Positions 25,766 to 35,877 of a stretch of 53,427 bases of DNA are shown here, piece after piece. Positions within the stretch are counted from its first letter, which is position 1, and the number at the start of each line of letters is the position of its first letter. The DNA is taken from the sequence record SRR2962707_3662; one strand, given 5' to 3'. Made by a program: the position numbers and the translations under genes. Under the pieces are notes generated by a model, which did no database searches, was not told the DNA's origin, and worked only from the letters and a program-made list of their open reading frames with translations.

Positions 25766-26003
25766 GCGCCGAGGCTCATGGTTGCGCGCTGACAGGCGCT
25801 TGCCGCCTTCCGTGCGGAATTGCCCTCGGCACCTTCGCCTCTCTTTTCACGCGCCATCCTCGCGCCAATGAACCGCATCCGACGCCCGCACACAGGGCGG
25901 GGGCCCCTGAGGGGGGACACCCCCCGCGGGGGGCGCGCTTGCCGTGTTTGATCACCAGCCTTGGGATGTCAAAACAGGGTAACAGGCCGTCCGAGGGTAA
26001 CAA

Positions 26004-26732
26004 ATGACGCTCGTTACCCAAGCCGATCTGGCGAAGCTGCACGGCGTCTCACGGAAGACGGTGACGAAATGGAAGGACGGGGATTACCTCGTTGTTTCAG
26101 AGGGTAAGGTCGACCTTGAGGCAACCGACGCCGTTCTGAGCGAACACGGTCTCGGGCGTTTTCGCGATGTTACCCGGGCGAAACAGGGTAACAAGCCGCC
26201 GCCTGAAGCCGCATCCGGGAAGTCTGTCAAGCCGAAGCCGGTGCGGCCGTCTTCGCCGCCGCGAGTCGCAGAAATCGAACGGCCGAGCGATGGCGCTCCG
26301 GAGGAAGAAGAGGACCTTGATCAGTTCGTAGGGGACACCGACGAACTCATCGAGGACATCCTCGGCGGGCGGTACCGGAAGGCGAATTATGCCGAGCGCG
26401 TCAAAGAGAACCACATCGCGCTCAAGCATATTCTCGATATGCGCGAGCGCGCGGCGATGCTTGTCGAGATGGACAAGGTCGAAAAGCTGTACTTCGAGAC
26501 ATCACGGCGGGCACGAGATGCCTGGATGGACTGGCCGACGAAGGTCGGGCCGCTGATTGCCGCCGACATCGGTCTGGAAGCCGATGTCGTGGTCGAGGTG
26601 TTGACGAAGTATGTCCAATCTCACCTTGAGAAGCTCGGCAATCCGGGTGCCGAGTTCGGAGGAGAAGCTCGCGCGCCTGAGCCTGGCGTATCAGCGGGGC
26701 TGGATGCCCCCGCCGCGGATCAGCGTACCTGA
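26004..26732 (+). CDS. terS: Terminase small subunit (Nu1-like)
   Basis: N-terminal wHTH (TQADLAKLHGVSRKTVTKWK); upstream of TerL. Confidence 0.85.
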   Translation: MTLVTQADLAKLHGVSRKTVTKWKDGDYLVVSEGKVDLEATDAVLSEHGLGRFRDVTRAKQGNKPPPEAASGKSVKPKPVRPSSPPRVAEIERPSDGAPEEEEDLDQFVGDTDELIEDILGGRYRKANYAERVKENHIALKHILDMRERAAMLVEMDKVEKLYFETSRRARDAWMDWPTKVGPLIAADIGLEADVVVEVLTKYVQSHLEKLGNPGAEFGGEARAPEPGVSAGLDAPAADQRT

Positions 26733-28824
26733 CTGGGCTGACCGGTATCGCAAGCTAGCGAAGCAGAGCGGCAGCCGAGGCGGGGACTGGGATACGTCCA
26801 CAGCGGAGGCCGCTCGCGGCCCGATGCTCTCGGTCACCGAACCCGGTGTGCATGTCATTTCGGTGATGGCCTGCACGCAGCTCCTGAAAACGGAGTTCAT
26901 CAATAACGTCTTCGGGTTCTTTGCCCATCTCGATCCGGCGCCGATGCTTTTCGTGCAGCCGAAAGACGATGCGGCGGAACAGTTCGCGAAGGAGCGGATC
27001 ATTCCGCTCATCAAGGCCACGCCGGTTCTGCTGGAGCTGATCGCGCCGAACCGGAAGCGGCGCCGGATGTCGAAGGCGCAGCGCGAGCGCGAGGAAAGCG
27101 CCGGGGTCGAGCCAGAGAATACGCTGACCTTTCATCAGTTTCCGGGCGGCTTCCTCGCCCTGGTGGGTGCGGGCAGTCCCGACAATCTGGGCCGCCGCCC
27201 GGTGCGTATCGTTCTTTACGATGAGGTCGACAAGTACCCGGTCACTCGCGAAGGCGATCCGCTCCGCCTCGGTGACGAGCGGACGGCGAGCTTCGTCAAC
27301 TGGCTGTCGATCCGGGTGTGTTCGCCTACGGTCGAGGACGAAAGCCGGATCGCGTCTAGCTATGCGGAATCGGATCAGCGCCGCGCCTCGGTCGAGTGTC
27401 CGCACTGCCGGCACCGGCAGTTCCTCGACTTCTTCAAGCACGTCAACTGGTCGAAGGACGAAGACGGCAAGCATCTGCCGAAGACGGCGGGCATCTATTG
27501 CGAGGCCTGCGGCGCCGGGTGGTCTGAGGGCGAGCGGCTGCGCGCGCTCCAGACGATCAGGTGGCATCAGACGAGGCCCTTCAAATGTTGTGGCCTCGCA
27601 CATTCGCCTCTGGACGCTTACGAGAAGGCGTGGCGTGGCGCGAAGTCCGGCGAAGAGGGCGATCCGGTCGGGAAGATATGGGGCTGGTGGTTCGGACCGC
27701 GATGGGCCGTCTATCGCGCCAAGTGTCCGAAGTGCGGGAAATGGGGCGTCGATAACGAGCACGCCGGGTTTCAGGCCGGCAAGCTCCTCAGTCCGTGGAA
27801 CAAGGACCAGCCTCGCGATATCGCAAAGAAGTGGCTCGATGCGCAAGGCGACGAAGATGCCCTGCAAACGTGGTGGAACACGCAGCTCGGGCTTCCCTAC
27901 CGCCCGCGCATCGGGCGCGAGGTAAAGCAGTCAGCGCTTCTCGAGCGGCGCGAAATATGGGCCTCTCAGGTACCCGACGGCGTGGCCGTCATTACTGTCG
28001 GCGTGGATACGCAGGACGATCGCCTTGAATTCGAGGTGGTAGGCTGGGGGCGCGGCGAAGAGTCATGGTCCATTGCCTACGGCGTTCTCGAAGGCGATCC
28101 GGACGAGGATGAAGTCTGGAGCCGGCTCGATGCAATCTTGCTGCAGACGTTTGTCCGTGCGGACGGAAGGCCATTCACCGTCGCCGCTTCATGTGTGGAT
28201 ACGGGCGGACATAGAACGCAAGCGGTCTATGCATATTGCCGCGCACGGCGCGCACGGAAGATATGGGCGATCAAGGGCGACAGCGAGACATCGGGCAAAC
28301 GGTCGCCGGTGTGGCCCTCTGGCCGGGCAACCCGCCGGCGGTCGAAGGACTACAAGCCGTTTATCATCGGCACGAATGCCGCCAAGGACCGCATATCCTC
28401 TTGCCTGCAAATCGAGGTGCCGGGCAAGGGCTACATGCACTTCCCGGCGGAACGGGACGCAGGTTATTTTGCGCAGTTGACCGCCGAACGGCTGGTGGTG
28501 AAGAAGCGCAGCGGCCAGAGCTATCGGGTGTGGGAGGCAAAGCGCGATCAGGCGCGTGAGGCGCTCGATTGCCGTGTTTACGCCTATGCGGCTTTGTGGG
28601 GATTGATCGTGCAACACAAATTCGACATCGATCGCGAGGCCGACAAGGTTGGGGCCGCGCGCGAGACCCCGGTTGTCCGCGCCGATACGCCGGAAGGGCA
28701 GAGGATTGCGGCGAACAAGGAAGATGGCGACGAGACGCCCCCCCCTGCGCCCGAAGAGCCGAAGCCGGGGCCGCGCAAGCGCAAGGTCGGCAAGTCGAAA
28801 TACATGAACAGGATCGGACGATGA
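26611..28824 (+). CDS. terL: Terminase large subunit (lambda gpA family)
   Basis: WADRYR, VLYDEVDKYP (Walker B), CPHC, GVDTQDDRLE, DTGG, EALDCRVYAYAA; start uncertain. Confidence 0.95.
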   Translation: MSNLTLRSSAIRVPSSEEKLARLSLAYQRGWMPPPRISVPDWADRYRKLAKQSGSRGGDWDTSTAEAARGPMLSVTEPGVHVISVMACTQLLKTEFINNVFGFFAHLDPAPMLFVQPKDDAAEQFAKERIIPLIKATPVLLELIAPNRKRRRMSKAQREREESAGVEPENTLTFHQFPGGFLALVGAGSPDNLGRRPVRIVLYDEVDKYPVTREGDPLRLGDERTASFVNWLSIRVCSPTVEDESRIASSYAESDQRRASVECPHCRHRQFLDFFKHVNWSKDEDGKHLPKTAGIYCEACGAGWSEGERLRALQTIRWHQTRPFKCCGLAHSPLDAYEKAWRGAKSGEEGDPVGKIWGWWFGPRWAVYRAKCPKCGKWGVDNEHAGFQAGKLLSPWNKDQPRDIAKKWLDAQGDEDALQTWWNTQLGLPYRPRIGREVKQSALLERREIWASQVPDGVAVITVGVDTQDDRLEFEVVGWGRGEESWSIAYGVLEGDPDEDEVWSRLDAILLQTFVRADGRPFTVAASCVDTGGHRTQAVYAYCRARRARKIWAIKGDSETSGKRSPVWPSGRATRRRSKDYKPFIIGTNAAKDRISSCLQIEVPGKGYMHFPAERDAGYFAQLTAERLVVKKRSGQSYRVWEAKRDQAREALDCRVYAYAALWGLIVQHKFDIDREADKVGAARETPVVRADTPEGQRIAANKEDGDETPPPAPEEPKPGPRKRKVGKSKYMNRIGR

Positions 28825-29219
28825 GCGAGAGAAATCCCGGATCGGCCTTCACCCTCGTCGACGCGGAGGGTTACGCGCATACGCCGGCGGCATCGGCCGC
28901 GATCGCGGACGGCGGTTCGCTGTCCGCCGCGGTTGTGTTGGACGGAAAGATGCCTTGCGGCTTCTACATCCCCGCGTCGTTCGAGGGCGGGAACATCCAG
29001 CTCCAGGTGTCGCATGACGGAACCAATTTCTTCGATGTCTGCGACGAGGCCGGCGACAAGGTGCAGATGGTGGCCGCGTCTTCGACCTTCGTTCAGATCA
29101 CCAATCCTGTCGGCCTGCTCGGTCACGCCGCGATGAAAGTCCGTTCCGTCAATTCCGGCGGAAGCGCGGTAAATCAGACCGGCGCGTCGACCGTCATGGT
29201 CTCGTTGCAGGGCGGGTGA
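28821..29219 (+). CDS. Hypothetical virion-associated beta-rich protein
   Basis: Coupled to terL; LQVSHDGTNF motif. Confidence 0.7.
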   Translation: MSERNPGSAFTLVDAEGYAHTPAASAAIADGGSLSAAVVLDGKMPCGFYIPASFEGGNIQLQVSHDGTNFFDVCDEAGDKVQMVAASSTFVQITNPVGLLGHAAMKVRSVNSGGSAVNQTGASTVMVSLQGG

Positions 29220-30409
29220 TGCCGGCCTTCGTCGGCAAGAGGAGGGCTATTCTGGCGGCTGCCGCCGTGCGTTCGCCCCCATCATTCTCCCCGCTTGACC
29301 TGTTCCCGCTGGGGACCGAGGGCGAATGGCACGACCCCGCCACAATATCGAGCCTGTTTCAGGACGCGGCAGGAACAACGCCTGTTACAGCCGCCAATGA
29401 TCCGGTTGGGCTTGCCCGCTCCGTAGAGAGGTGGGGCGGACAGACCTTTTTGGAGGTTATGGCGGCTCAACCGCAGCTTGTAACGAACGGGGATTTTACG
29501 AACGGAACGACGGGCTGGACGCCTGACGATGCCACTCTGTCAGTTGTTGGCGGAAAGTTGCGCATTACGACCGGCGTAAATTTTGGACGGGCTCAGCAGG
29601 CCATAAGTGTTACGGCGGGAAAATCCTATCTCGTAAGCGCCATCACCGCCGCTGTCTCGGGGTCGAACCAGACAGCCATTAGCTTCACGTCAGGGATCGA
29701 CGGCGGTGGGTCGGCGGTCGCGGGCTTTCGTCCTGAGGCCAGCGCACCTGCCACGCTTTCTGGGATATTCACCGCCCCCGCCACGGCGACGATATACCTC
29801 TCGCTGTCGAACTTCTTTAGCGGTGCGGCGGTAAACGACTTCGGCAGCGTTTCGGTCAAGGAAATCCCGAGCGTTCCTGCCACTCAATCCACTTCCGGGT
29901 TTCGGGGTTCGTACCAGACAAGCCCCCGGCCCCTTCTCCGCTTCGACGGCGGCGACGACCGGCTCATGACAACCCGCAACCCCACACTTGCGGGTTGCCT
30001 GATCTTCGTCGGTACGCCGGACGGCGCATCGGACTCGTTCATGGGTTCGGCGGCGGCTTCGGACGGGCGCTGCTACATCGGCACGGATGCGAGCGGTTAT
30101 CTCTGCGGTGGCATTGGTGCTGATAGTCCGACGACCATCGTAGGCAGTTCGGATGTTCGCGGGACTGCCGGTGTCTACTGGCTCAAATGGACCGGTAGCG
30201 CCGTTGCCTTGGGGCTCAACAACACGACGGTTTACTCAGCCGCCCAAAACGGCGCGGTGAACACCACGGTTCCCATTACCCTCGCGGCTCGAAACGCCAA
30301 CGGAACGCCGACCGCCTTCGCGGATGTCGATGCGCTCGGGTTTTTCGCACTCAACTATGCCCCGACGGATGCGCAGATCGCGCAGCTCGTCAGCTATTAC
30401 GGTTTCTAA
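29216..30409 (+). CDS. Putative head fibre/spike with carbohydrate-binding/LamG-like domains
   Basis: LF..G.EG.W.DP....LFQDAAGTTPVTA..DPVG; LVTNGDFTNGTTGW (CBM-like); LRFDGGDD. Confidence 0.6.
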   Translation: MMPAFVGKRRAILAAAAVRSPPSFSPLDLFPLGTEGEWHDPATISSLFQDAAGTTPVTAANDPVGLARSVERWGGQTFLEVMAAQPQLVTNGDFTNGTTGWTPDDATLSVVGGKLRITTGVNFGRAQQAISVTAGKSYLVSAITAAVSGSNQTAISFTSGIDGGGSAVAGFRPEASAPATLSGIFTAPATATIYLSLSNFFSGAAVNDFGSVSVKEIPSVPATQSTSGFRGSYQTSPRPLLRFDGGDDRLMTTRNPTLAGCLIFVGTPDGASDSFMGSAAASDGRCYIGTDASGYLCGGIGADSPTTIVGSSDVRGTAGVYWLKWTGSAVALGLNNTTVYSAAQNGAVNTTVPITLAARNANGTPTAFADVDALGFFALNYAPTDAQIAQLVSYYGF

Positions 30410-30420
30410 GGGAGAAGAAC

Positions 30421-30804
30421 ATGTCGAACTCCATTCTCTACATCGTCCCCGCCGCTTCGAGCGAAGCCGTCAATCTTGTCTGCACGGCATGGGGCGTGGG
30501 CCCGATCTTCGGTGTGGGCACGAACACAACGGGCGGCTGGTTCGATCCGGCTGAATACTTCTTCGGCAATTACGAGAACATGCCGAGCGGCGAGGAGGCC
30601 ACGCTTCGCGCGATGAAGGCCGGGACGCTGCCGGAGATTTCCGGGACGTGGGGCGAAGACGGCCTGCCGAGCGAGCAGGACGCTATCACGGCCTGCGCGA
30701 CGATCAGCATCTTCCTGCGTGACAGCGAGGAAATGACGGCATCCCAGCACGCCGTATCGGTGCTTTCCGGCATGGGCCAGCTTGAGAAGGTTGCACCGGA
30801 CTAA
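30421..30804 (+). CDS. Hypothetical protein (likely partner of the fibre)
   Basis: RBS GGGAGA; follows the fibre gene. Confidence 0.7.
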   Translation: MSNSILYIVPAASSEAVNLVCTAWGVGPIFGVGTNTTGGWFDPAEYFFGNYENMPSGEEATLRAMKAGTLPEISGTWGEDGLPSEQDAITACATISIFLRDSEEMTASQHAVSVLSGMGQLEKVAPD

Positions 30805-30844
30805 ACAACCGCCGCCCTCGCCACCTTGTAACCCCGGAAGCATC

Positions 30845-31045
30845 ATGGCCCGAACACAAGACGACATCGACGCCCTGCAGGCGGCGATCGGTAGTGGTGC
30901 GCGCTCGGTGACCTATTCGGACGGGTCGCAGGTCGTCTATCGCGATCTCGATGAGATGCGCAGCATCCTGCGCGACATGAGCCGGGAAGTGAACGGCACG
31001 AAGCCTGTCCGCGCCTTTCGCGGTGTCGTGAGCAACGGGTACTGA
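30845..31045 (+). CDS. Head-tail joining protein (gpW-like)
   Basis: TQDDIDALQAAIGSGARSVTYSDGSQVVYRDLDEM; precedes the portal. Confidence 0.9.
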   Translation: MARTQDDIDALQAAIGSGARSVTYSDGSQVVYRDLDEMRSILRDMSREVNGTKPVRAFRGVVSNGY

Positions 31046-31047
31046 CA

Positions 31048-32610
31048 ATGTCGAACCGTCATCGTCCAGGGGCCGGTAGGGACCGGCCGTCCTTGCTCGT
31101 GCCCGTTCGCGCCGGAAGCGAGAATTACGTTTCGCTGTCGGAAGTTCGCGAGACGATGGAAGCGTATAATCTGGCGCCCGGGACCGGGCCCTTTCACGGG
31201 GCTTCGACAGGACGCCGGATGAGCGGCTTTCGCCCGTCCGGCTCCGGGCCGAACAGCGTGGTGCAGATCAGCGCGCCGGAGCTCGTCCGGCGTTCTCGCG
31301 ACATGCGCCGCAATGTGCCTCATGCCCGCCGCGCACTCGACCTCGTGCCGATCCATACGGTTGGCACCGGCATCAAGCCGCGCTTCCTGTGCTCGCACAA
31401 GGCGACCCGCGAGGCGATGACGCAGCTCTGGGCAGACTGGGTGCTGCTGTCGGACGCCGACGGCGTTCAGGATTTCTATGGCCAGCAGGCGCTCGCGGTG
31501 AGCGAGCTGGCGGAGGGCGGCGAGTGCTTCGGGCGTCTCCGGTCCCGGCGCCTGTCTGACGGGTTGCCGGTGCCGCTGCAGATTCAGTTGCTGCCGACGG
31601 AACAGGTGCCGCTGGATTATAACCAGCCAAACGGCACGAACGGCGTGGTCCAGGGCATCGAACGCGACGCGCTCGGCAAGCGAGCGGGTTACTGGTGTTA
31701 CGCGCAGCATCCTGCCGACTACCTCATGACACCGGGCTTTACGGACATGACGCCACGCCGCGTGCGCGCGTCGGACATGGTGCATCTCTACAACGTGACG
31801 CGCATCGGCCAGTTGCGCGGCATCCCGTGGCTCGCGGCCGCGATCACGACGCTGCATCAGGTTCACCAGTATGTGGACGCGGAGCTCCTGCGAAAGCAGA
31901 TGGTGTCGAGCATCGTGGGTTTCGTTCGGCGCGCGGCGCATGCCGATATGGACGCGGATGAACTCGCGAAGGCGTGGGGCGAAGTGCTGGACAATGTGGG
32001 CGGCGAGCTTCCGGCCGTCGCCATGGAGCCCGGCACGATGCAGTACCTCGATGTCGGTGAGGATGTCGAGTTCAACAATCCTGCCGACGTGAGCGGCAAT
32101 TTCGATCCGTTCCTGACGCGCAACTACCAGGCGGTCGCGTCGACGATCGGTGCGCTTTACGAGGAGGTCACCGGCGACTGGAAGAGTTCGAACGACCGGA
32201 CTTTCCGCGCGCAGTTCAACACCTGGAAGCGGCAGGTGCAGCAGTGGCAGTTCAATCTCGTCTGCCACCAATTCAATCAGCCGATCGCGCAGCGCTTCAT
32301 CGACTATGCCGTAGCGTCGGGCGCCCTGAAGGTGCCGAAGAGCGTGTCTGACAAGGATCTTCGGCGCATCGACTGGCGGCCGCAGCGCTGGGAATACCTG
32401 CACGTCAAGCAGGACGTGGAAGCGCAGCTCGCGGAGATCGACGGCGGCCTTACCTCCCGGCAGGCGAGCGTCGCGGAGCGGGGCGACGACATCGAGGTCA
32501 TCGACCAGCAGCGCGCCGACGACATGGCGCGCGAGAAGACGCTCGGCATCGAGCGCAAGGCCGCGAAACCGGCGCCAACGCCGCCCCAGACAGAGAGTGA
32601 AGACGCATGA
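31048..32610 (+). CDS. Portal protein, lambda family
   Basis: LVRRSRDMRRN, VGTGIKP, GQLRGIPW, YEEVTGD, GLTSR. Confidence 0.95.
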   Translation: MSNRHRPGAGRDRPSLLVPVRAGSENYVSLSEVRETMEAYNLAPGTGPFHGASTGRRMSGFRPSGSGPNSVVQISAPELVRRSRDMRRNVPHARRALDLVPIHTVGTGIKPRFLCSHKATREAMTQLWADWVLLSDADGVQDFYGQQALAVSELAEGGECFGRLRSRRLSDGLPVPLQIQLLPTEQVPLDYNQPNGTNGVVQGIERDALGKRAGYWCYAQHPADYLMTPGFTDMTPRRVRASDMVHLYNVTRIGQLRGIPWLAAAITTLHQVHQYVDAELLRKQMVSSIVGFVRRAAHADMDADELAKAWGEVLDNVGGELPAVAMEPGTMQYLDVGEDVEFNNPADVSGNFDPFLTRNYQAVASTIGALYEEVTGDWKSSNDRTFRAQFNTWKRQVQQWQFNLVCHQFNQPIAQRFIDYAVASGALKVPKSVSDKDLRRIDWRPQRWEYLHVKQDVEAQLAEIDGGLTSRQASVAERGDDIEVIDQQRADDMAREKTLGIERKAAKPAPTPPQTESEDA

Positions 32611-33932
32611 ACAGAACCGACATTCTGAGCCAGCTTTCCTGCACACCTCTCCTGATCGAGGAACCGTTCGGGCACTCGCTCATTGCTTCGATGGCGGCGC
32701 TTCCCGAGCGGATGGACTGGGATGCAGCGGAAAGCCGTGTCGATAATTCCCGCTGTTATCCGGTCGTGGACGGTGTTGCCGTCATTCCGATAATCGGGAC
32801 GCTCATGCATCGCCCTTCATGGTCCTACTACTACCGCAGCAGCCCGAACTACCTGTCTCTCGCCGACATGATCGAGGATGCGGTCACGGACAGCAACATC
32901 AAGGCCGTCCTTCTCGAGGTCGACAGCGGCGGCGGGCTCGCCGCCGGGTGTCTCGACCTTGCCGAGAGCATCCGTGCGATGCGCGGCGTCAAGCCTCTTT
33001 GGGCAAACGTCAACCAGCGCTGCTGTTCGGCGGCCTATGCGCTCGCTTCTTCGGCGGATCGCATCACGATCGCGAAGAGCGCGCAGGCGGGCTCGATCGG
33101 CGTGATGGCCGTGCATTGGGATTATTCCGCCGCGCTGGAGAAGTGGGGCGAGAAAGTCACCTACCTCTATGCCGGTGCACACAAGGTCGATGGCGTTCCC
33201 TACGAACCGCTGACCGAGCAGGCGGAAAAGGCGTTCAGGCAGTCGATCGAGGAAGAGTACGAGCGGATCTGCGAAGTGACGGCCGCGGGCCGCGGGGCCG
33301 ACGTCAAGAAAATGGCCGCCACGGAAGCGGCGGTCTATCGGGGCCAGGGCGCCGTCGATGCCGGACTGGCGGATGAAGTCGCAACTTTCGAGGAGACGAT
33401 CATGTCAATCACCAAGAAGACGGCGCCCGAGGGTGCCCGTCTTACGCCGGGCTTCAGTGGGGGCACCGGAGGCAGCGAAGGAGATCGCAATATGACGACG
33501 AAGACACCCGAACAGATCGCGGCGGAAGCTGTCGCGGCGCAGACGCAGGCCAACTCGGCCGCGCCGGCGAACCCCGTGCTCGCCGATGCCTCCACCATCG
33601 CCGAAGCATGCGAAGCCGCTGGCTTCTCCGCGTTGACGTCGTCTCTCATCAAGGCGAAGCCGACGATGGAGAAGGTCAACGCGCGCATCGAGGAGGCGAA
33701 GGCGATTGCCGAAGCCGCAACCGGCGTCGGCCTCTCGACGATGGCGGGAACGCTCATCAGCTCGGGCGTGAGCCTCGATACCGCGAGAAAGATGCTGTTC
33801 GAGGCGAAGGCCGCCTCGGATGGCGGCGTGTCGACCGATGCCACCCACACGCAGACGCATCCGGAGAAGAAGGCCGCCGCGATCGACGTGCAGGCGACCT
33901 ACAAGACGTTCAACACACCCGCGAAGATCTGA
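32607..33932 (+). CDS. S49 head maturation protease with C-terminal scaffold (gpC/Nu3-like)
   Basis: DSGGG, CSAAYALAS, GSIGV, AG.HKVDG. Confidence 0.92.
   Translation: MNRTDILSQLSCTPLLIEEPFGHSLIASMAALPERMDWDAAESRVDNSRCYPVVDGVAVIPIIGTLMHRPSWSYYYRSSPNYLSLADMIEDAVTDSNIKAVLLEVDSGGGLAAGCLDLAESIRAMRGVKPLWANVNQRCCSAAYALASSADRITIAKSAQAGSIGVMAVHWDYSAALEKWGEKVTYLYAGAHKVDGVPYEPLTEQAEKAFRQSIEEEYERICEVTAAGRGADVKKMAATEAAVYRGQGAVDAGLADEVATFEETIMSITKKTAPEGARLTPGFSGGTGGSEGDRNMTTKTPEQIAAEAVAAQTQANSAAPANPVLADASTIAEACEAAGFSALTSSLIKAKPTMEKVNARIEEAKAIAEAATGVGLSTMAGTLISSGVSLDTARKMLFEAKAASDGGVSTDATHTQTHPEKKAAAIDVQATYKTFNTPAKI
33492..33932 (+). CDS. Nested in-frame scaffolding protein (Nu3-like)
   Basis: Strong internal RBS GAAGGAGA before an in-frame ATG (MTTKTPEQ). 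Confidence 0.7.
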   Translation: MTTKTPEQIAAEAVAAQTQANSAAPANPVLADASTIAEACEAAGFSALTSSLIKAKPTMEKVNARIEEAKAIAEAATGVGLSTMAGTLISSGVSLDTARKMLFEAKAASDGGVSTDATHTQTHPEKKAAAIDVQATYKTFNTPAKI

Positions 33933-33998
33933 TCGCCCCGGCCCGAGTGAAGGGCTGGACCGTTCCGATGCTTCCTCACTAGAAACAGGGGATATCCC

Positions 33999-34664
33999 AT
34001 GACTGAATTCGCAGAAGGCTTTCACACGGGGGAACACCTCGTTTCGGAAGCGAATGGCTATCGCTCGCGCGAAGTCGGCACCATCACGGGAGGCGACTAT
34101 GCCCCCGGCACCGTTCTCGGCCAGATCACCGTCGGCGCAAAGACGGCAGCGGGTGCCGCGGGCCTTCCCGCACCTGCGGCCGCGACGATCACGGCTGCGC
34201 CTGCAGCCAGTGCGGCCACGAAAGTCGGCGTTCATGTGTTCCGCGCCATCGTCGGCGGTTCCGGTACCGCGTCGAAGTGGGAGCATACCGACCCCGAAGG
34301 CGAGATCGTCGGCATTGCGACGGGCAACACCGAATATGCCGGTGGCGGCCTCTCCGGTCTCACGATCACGGACGCCGGTACCGACCCGACGGCAGGCGAG
34401 GCCTTCGATGTCACGGTGACCGAAGCCGAGGCGTCGAACAAATACACGCAGTTCGACCAGGACGCGACCAATGGCAGCCAGCACGCTGCGGCGGTTCTTT
34501 ATGCCCCCGCGACTGCGTCCGAAGCCGATGTCGAGGGCACCCTTCACGTGCGCGACTGCGAAGTGAACGGCCTCTGCCTGACCTGGCCGGAAGACATCGA
34601 AGACGCTGAGAAGGCGGCGGCCGTCGCCGAACTCGCCGCGCTCGGCATCGTCGTCCGCAACTGA
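33999..34664 (+). CDS. Head decoration protein (gpD-like) with internal insertion
   Basis: EHLVSEANGYRSRE..PGTVLGQIT..DGSQ-like..LAALGIVVR. Confidence 0.9.
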   Translation: MTEFAEGFHTGEHLVSEANGYRSREVGTITGGDYAPGTVLGQITVGAKTAAGAAGLPAPAAATITAAPAASAATKVGVHVFRAIVGGSGTASKWEHTDPEGEIVGIATGNTEYAGGGLSGLTITDAGTDPTAGEAFDVTVTEAEASNKYTQFDQDATNGSQHAAAVLYAPATASEADVEGTLHVRDCEVNGLCLTWPEDIEDAEKAAAVAELAALGIVVRN

Positions 34665-34699
34665 TACCGCCCGGCGGTTTCGCCGGGTTCCTCTTTACC

Positions 34700-34729
34700 G
34701 CCGCCCTGTTCACGCATGGCGGCTTTTTT
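34700..34729 (+). terminator. Terminator-like hairpin before the capsid gene
   Basis: GCCGCC...GGCGGC followed by TTTTTT. Confidence 0.55.
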
Positions 34730-34756
34730 GTGCCCGAAGGGGCCAGGAGAACCGCT

Positions 34757-35815
34757 ATGCATGAACTTACTCTGGACGTTTTCAATGGAGACAACTTCTC
34801 CAACGCGACGATGACCTCGTATGTGAACACCAACATCCCCTTCGTGCCGGGATTTCTCGGGAGCATGGGGCTGTTCACCGGCGAGGGCGTCTATACCCGC
34901 AACGTCGAATTCGACGACGAGAACGGTTCGCTCTCGCTGATCCAGTCGAGCCCGCCCGGCTCGGCACCTTCGCAGTCGAAGAACACCAAGGGTGTGATGC
35001 GTGTGCTCCGCACCGTGCGTCTCGCCCGCGAGGCGGCCATCTATGCCGAACAGGTCGCGGGTGTTCGTCAGCTCGGCACGGCGAACCAGCTTCAGACCGC
35101 CGAGCGCCTTGTCTACAAGCGCATCGAAGGTCCGGCCGGCCTCAAGGCCGAGCTCTCCTTCACCCTCGAGCACATGTATCTCGGGGCGGTCGACGGCGTC
35201 GTATACGATGCCGACGGGGTGACGGAACTGTGGAACTACTTCACGCATTACGGCGTCGAGCGGCCCACGGCGATCGACTTCAACTTCAGCACGATGACGG
35301 CCGACGGGGGCGTCTTCAAGAAGAAGTGCACCGAACTCAAGCGCGCCGTCGTCCGGGCACTCAACGGCTTCGCGATCCCGGCGGGCGCGCGCATCGTCGT
35401 GCTGTGCGGAGACAATTTCTTCGATGCTGCGGACACGAACAAGGAGATCGTCGCGGCCCGCAAGGCGGGTGCGACGGGCCGGTCCGACGCGCTGAAGATC
35501 ATCAGCGAGAACGGTGCCTTCGCCAGTTTCGAGTATGGCGAGATCATCTTCATCAACTATCGCGGCGACGATCAGGGTGAGGTCGCGGTCGGCACCGATG
35601 TCGCCCGCGCGTTCATGCTCGGCGTGCCCGGCCTCTTCCGGACGTTCTTCTCGCCCGCAGACACCTGGGACTTCGTCAATACGGAGGGCTTGCCCTCCTA
35701 CATGATCCAGCGCCGCGAGCAGCAGACGGAATCGGCCCGCGTGTTCGAAATCCAGTCGAACCCGCTGGCCATGTGCATGCGCCCGCTTCACATGCGGCGC
35801 CTCACCAAGTCCTGA
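34757..35815 (+). CDS. Major capsid protein (lambda gpE family)
   Basis: LDVF..D.FS, TLEHMYLGAV.G, F.PADT.DFVNT.GLP.Y, QSNPL.MC.RP; RBS AGGAG. Confidence 0.95.
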   Translation: MHELTLDVFNGDNFSNATMTSYVNTNIPFVPGFLGSMGLFTGEGVYTRNVEFDDENGSLSLIQSSPPGSAPSQSKNTKGVMRVLRTVRLAREAAIYAEQVAGVRQLGTANQLQTAERLVYKRIEGPAGLKAELSFTLEHMYLGAVDGVVYDADGVTELWNYFTHYGVERPTAIDFNFSTMTADGGVFKKKCTELKRAVVRALNGFAIPAGARIVVLCGDNFFDAADTNKEIVAARKAGATGRSDALKIISENGAFASFEYGEIIFINYRGDDQGEVAVGTDVARAFMLGVPGLFRTFFSPADTWDFVNTEGLPSYMIQRREQQTESARVFEIQSNPLAMCMRPLHMRRLTKS

Positions 35816-35833
35816 CGCGCGGGGTGGCGATGT

Positions 35834-35859
35834 GACGGGGCGCCTTCGGGCGCCCCGTT
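35834..35859 (+). terminator. Stable cUUCGg hairpin after the capsid gene
   Basis: GACGGGGCGCC-TTCG-GGCGCCCCGTT; weak U tract. Confidence 0.55.
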
Positions 35860-35877
35860 CATACCGAGGAAAAGACA

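Noticed and set aside
26866-26895. TerL Walker A variant ACTQLLKT as a sign of inactivation
   Set aside because: The Lys-Thr, Walker B and nuclease motifs are intact; more likely a subfamily variant.
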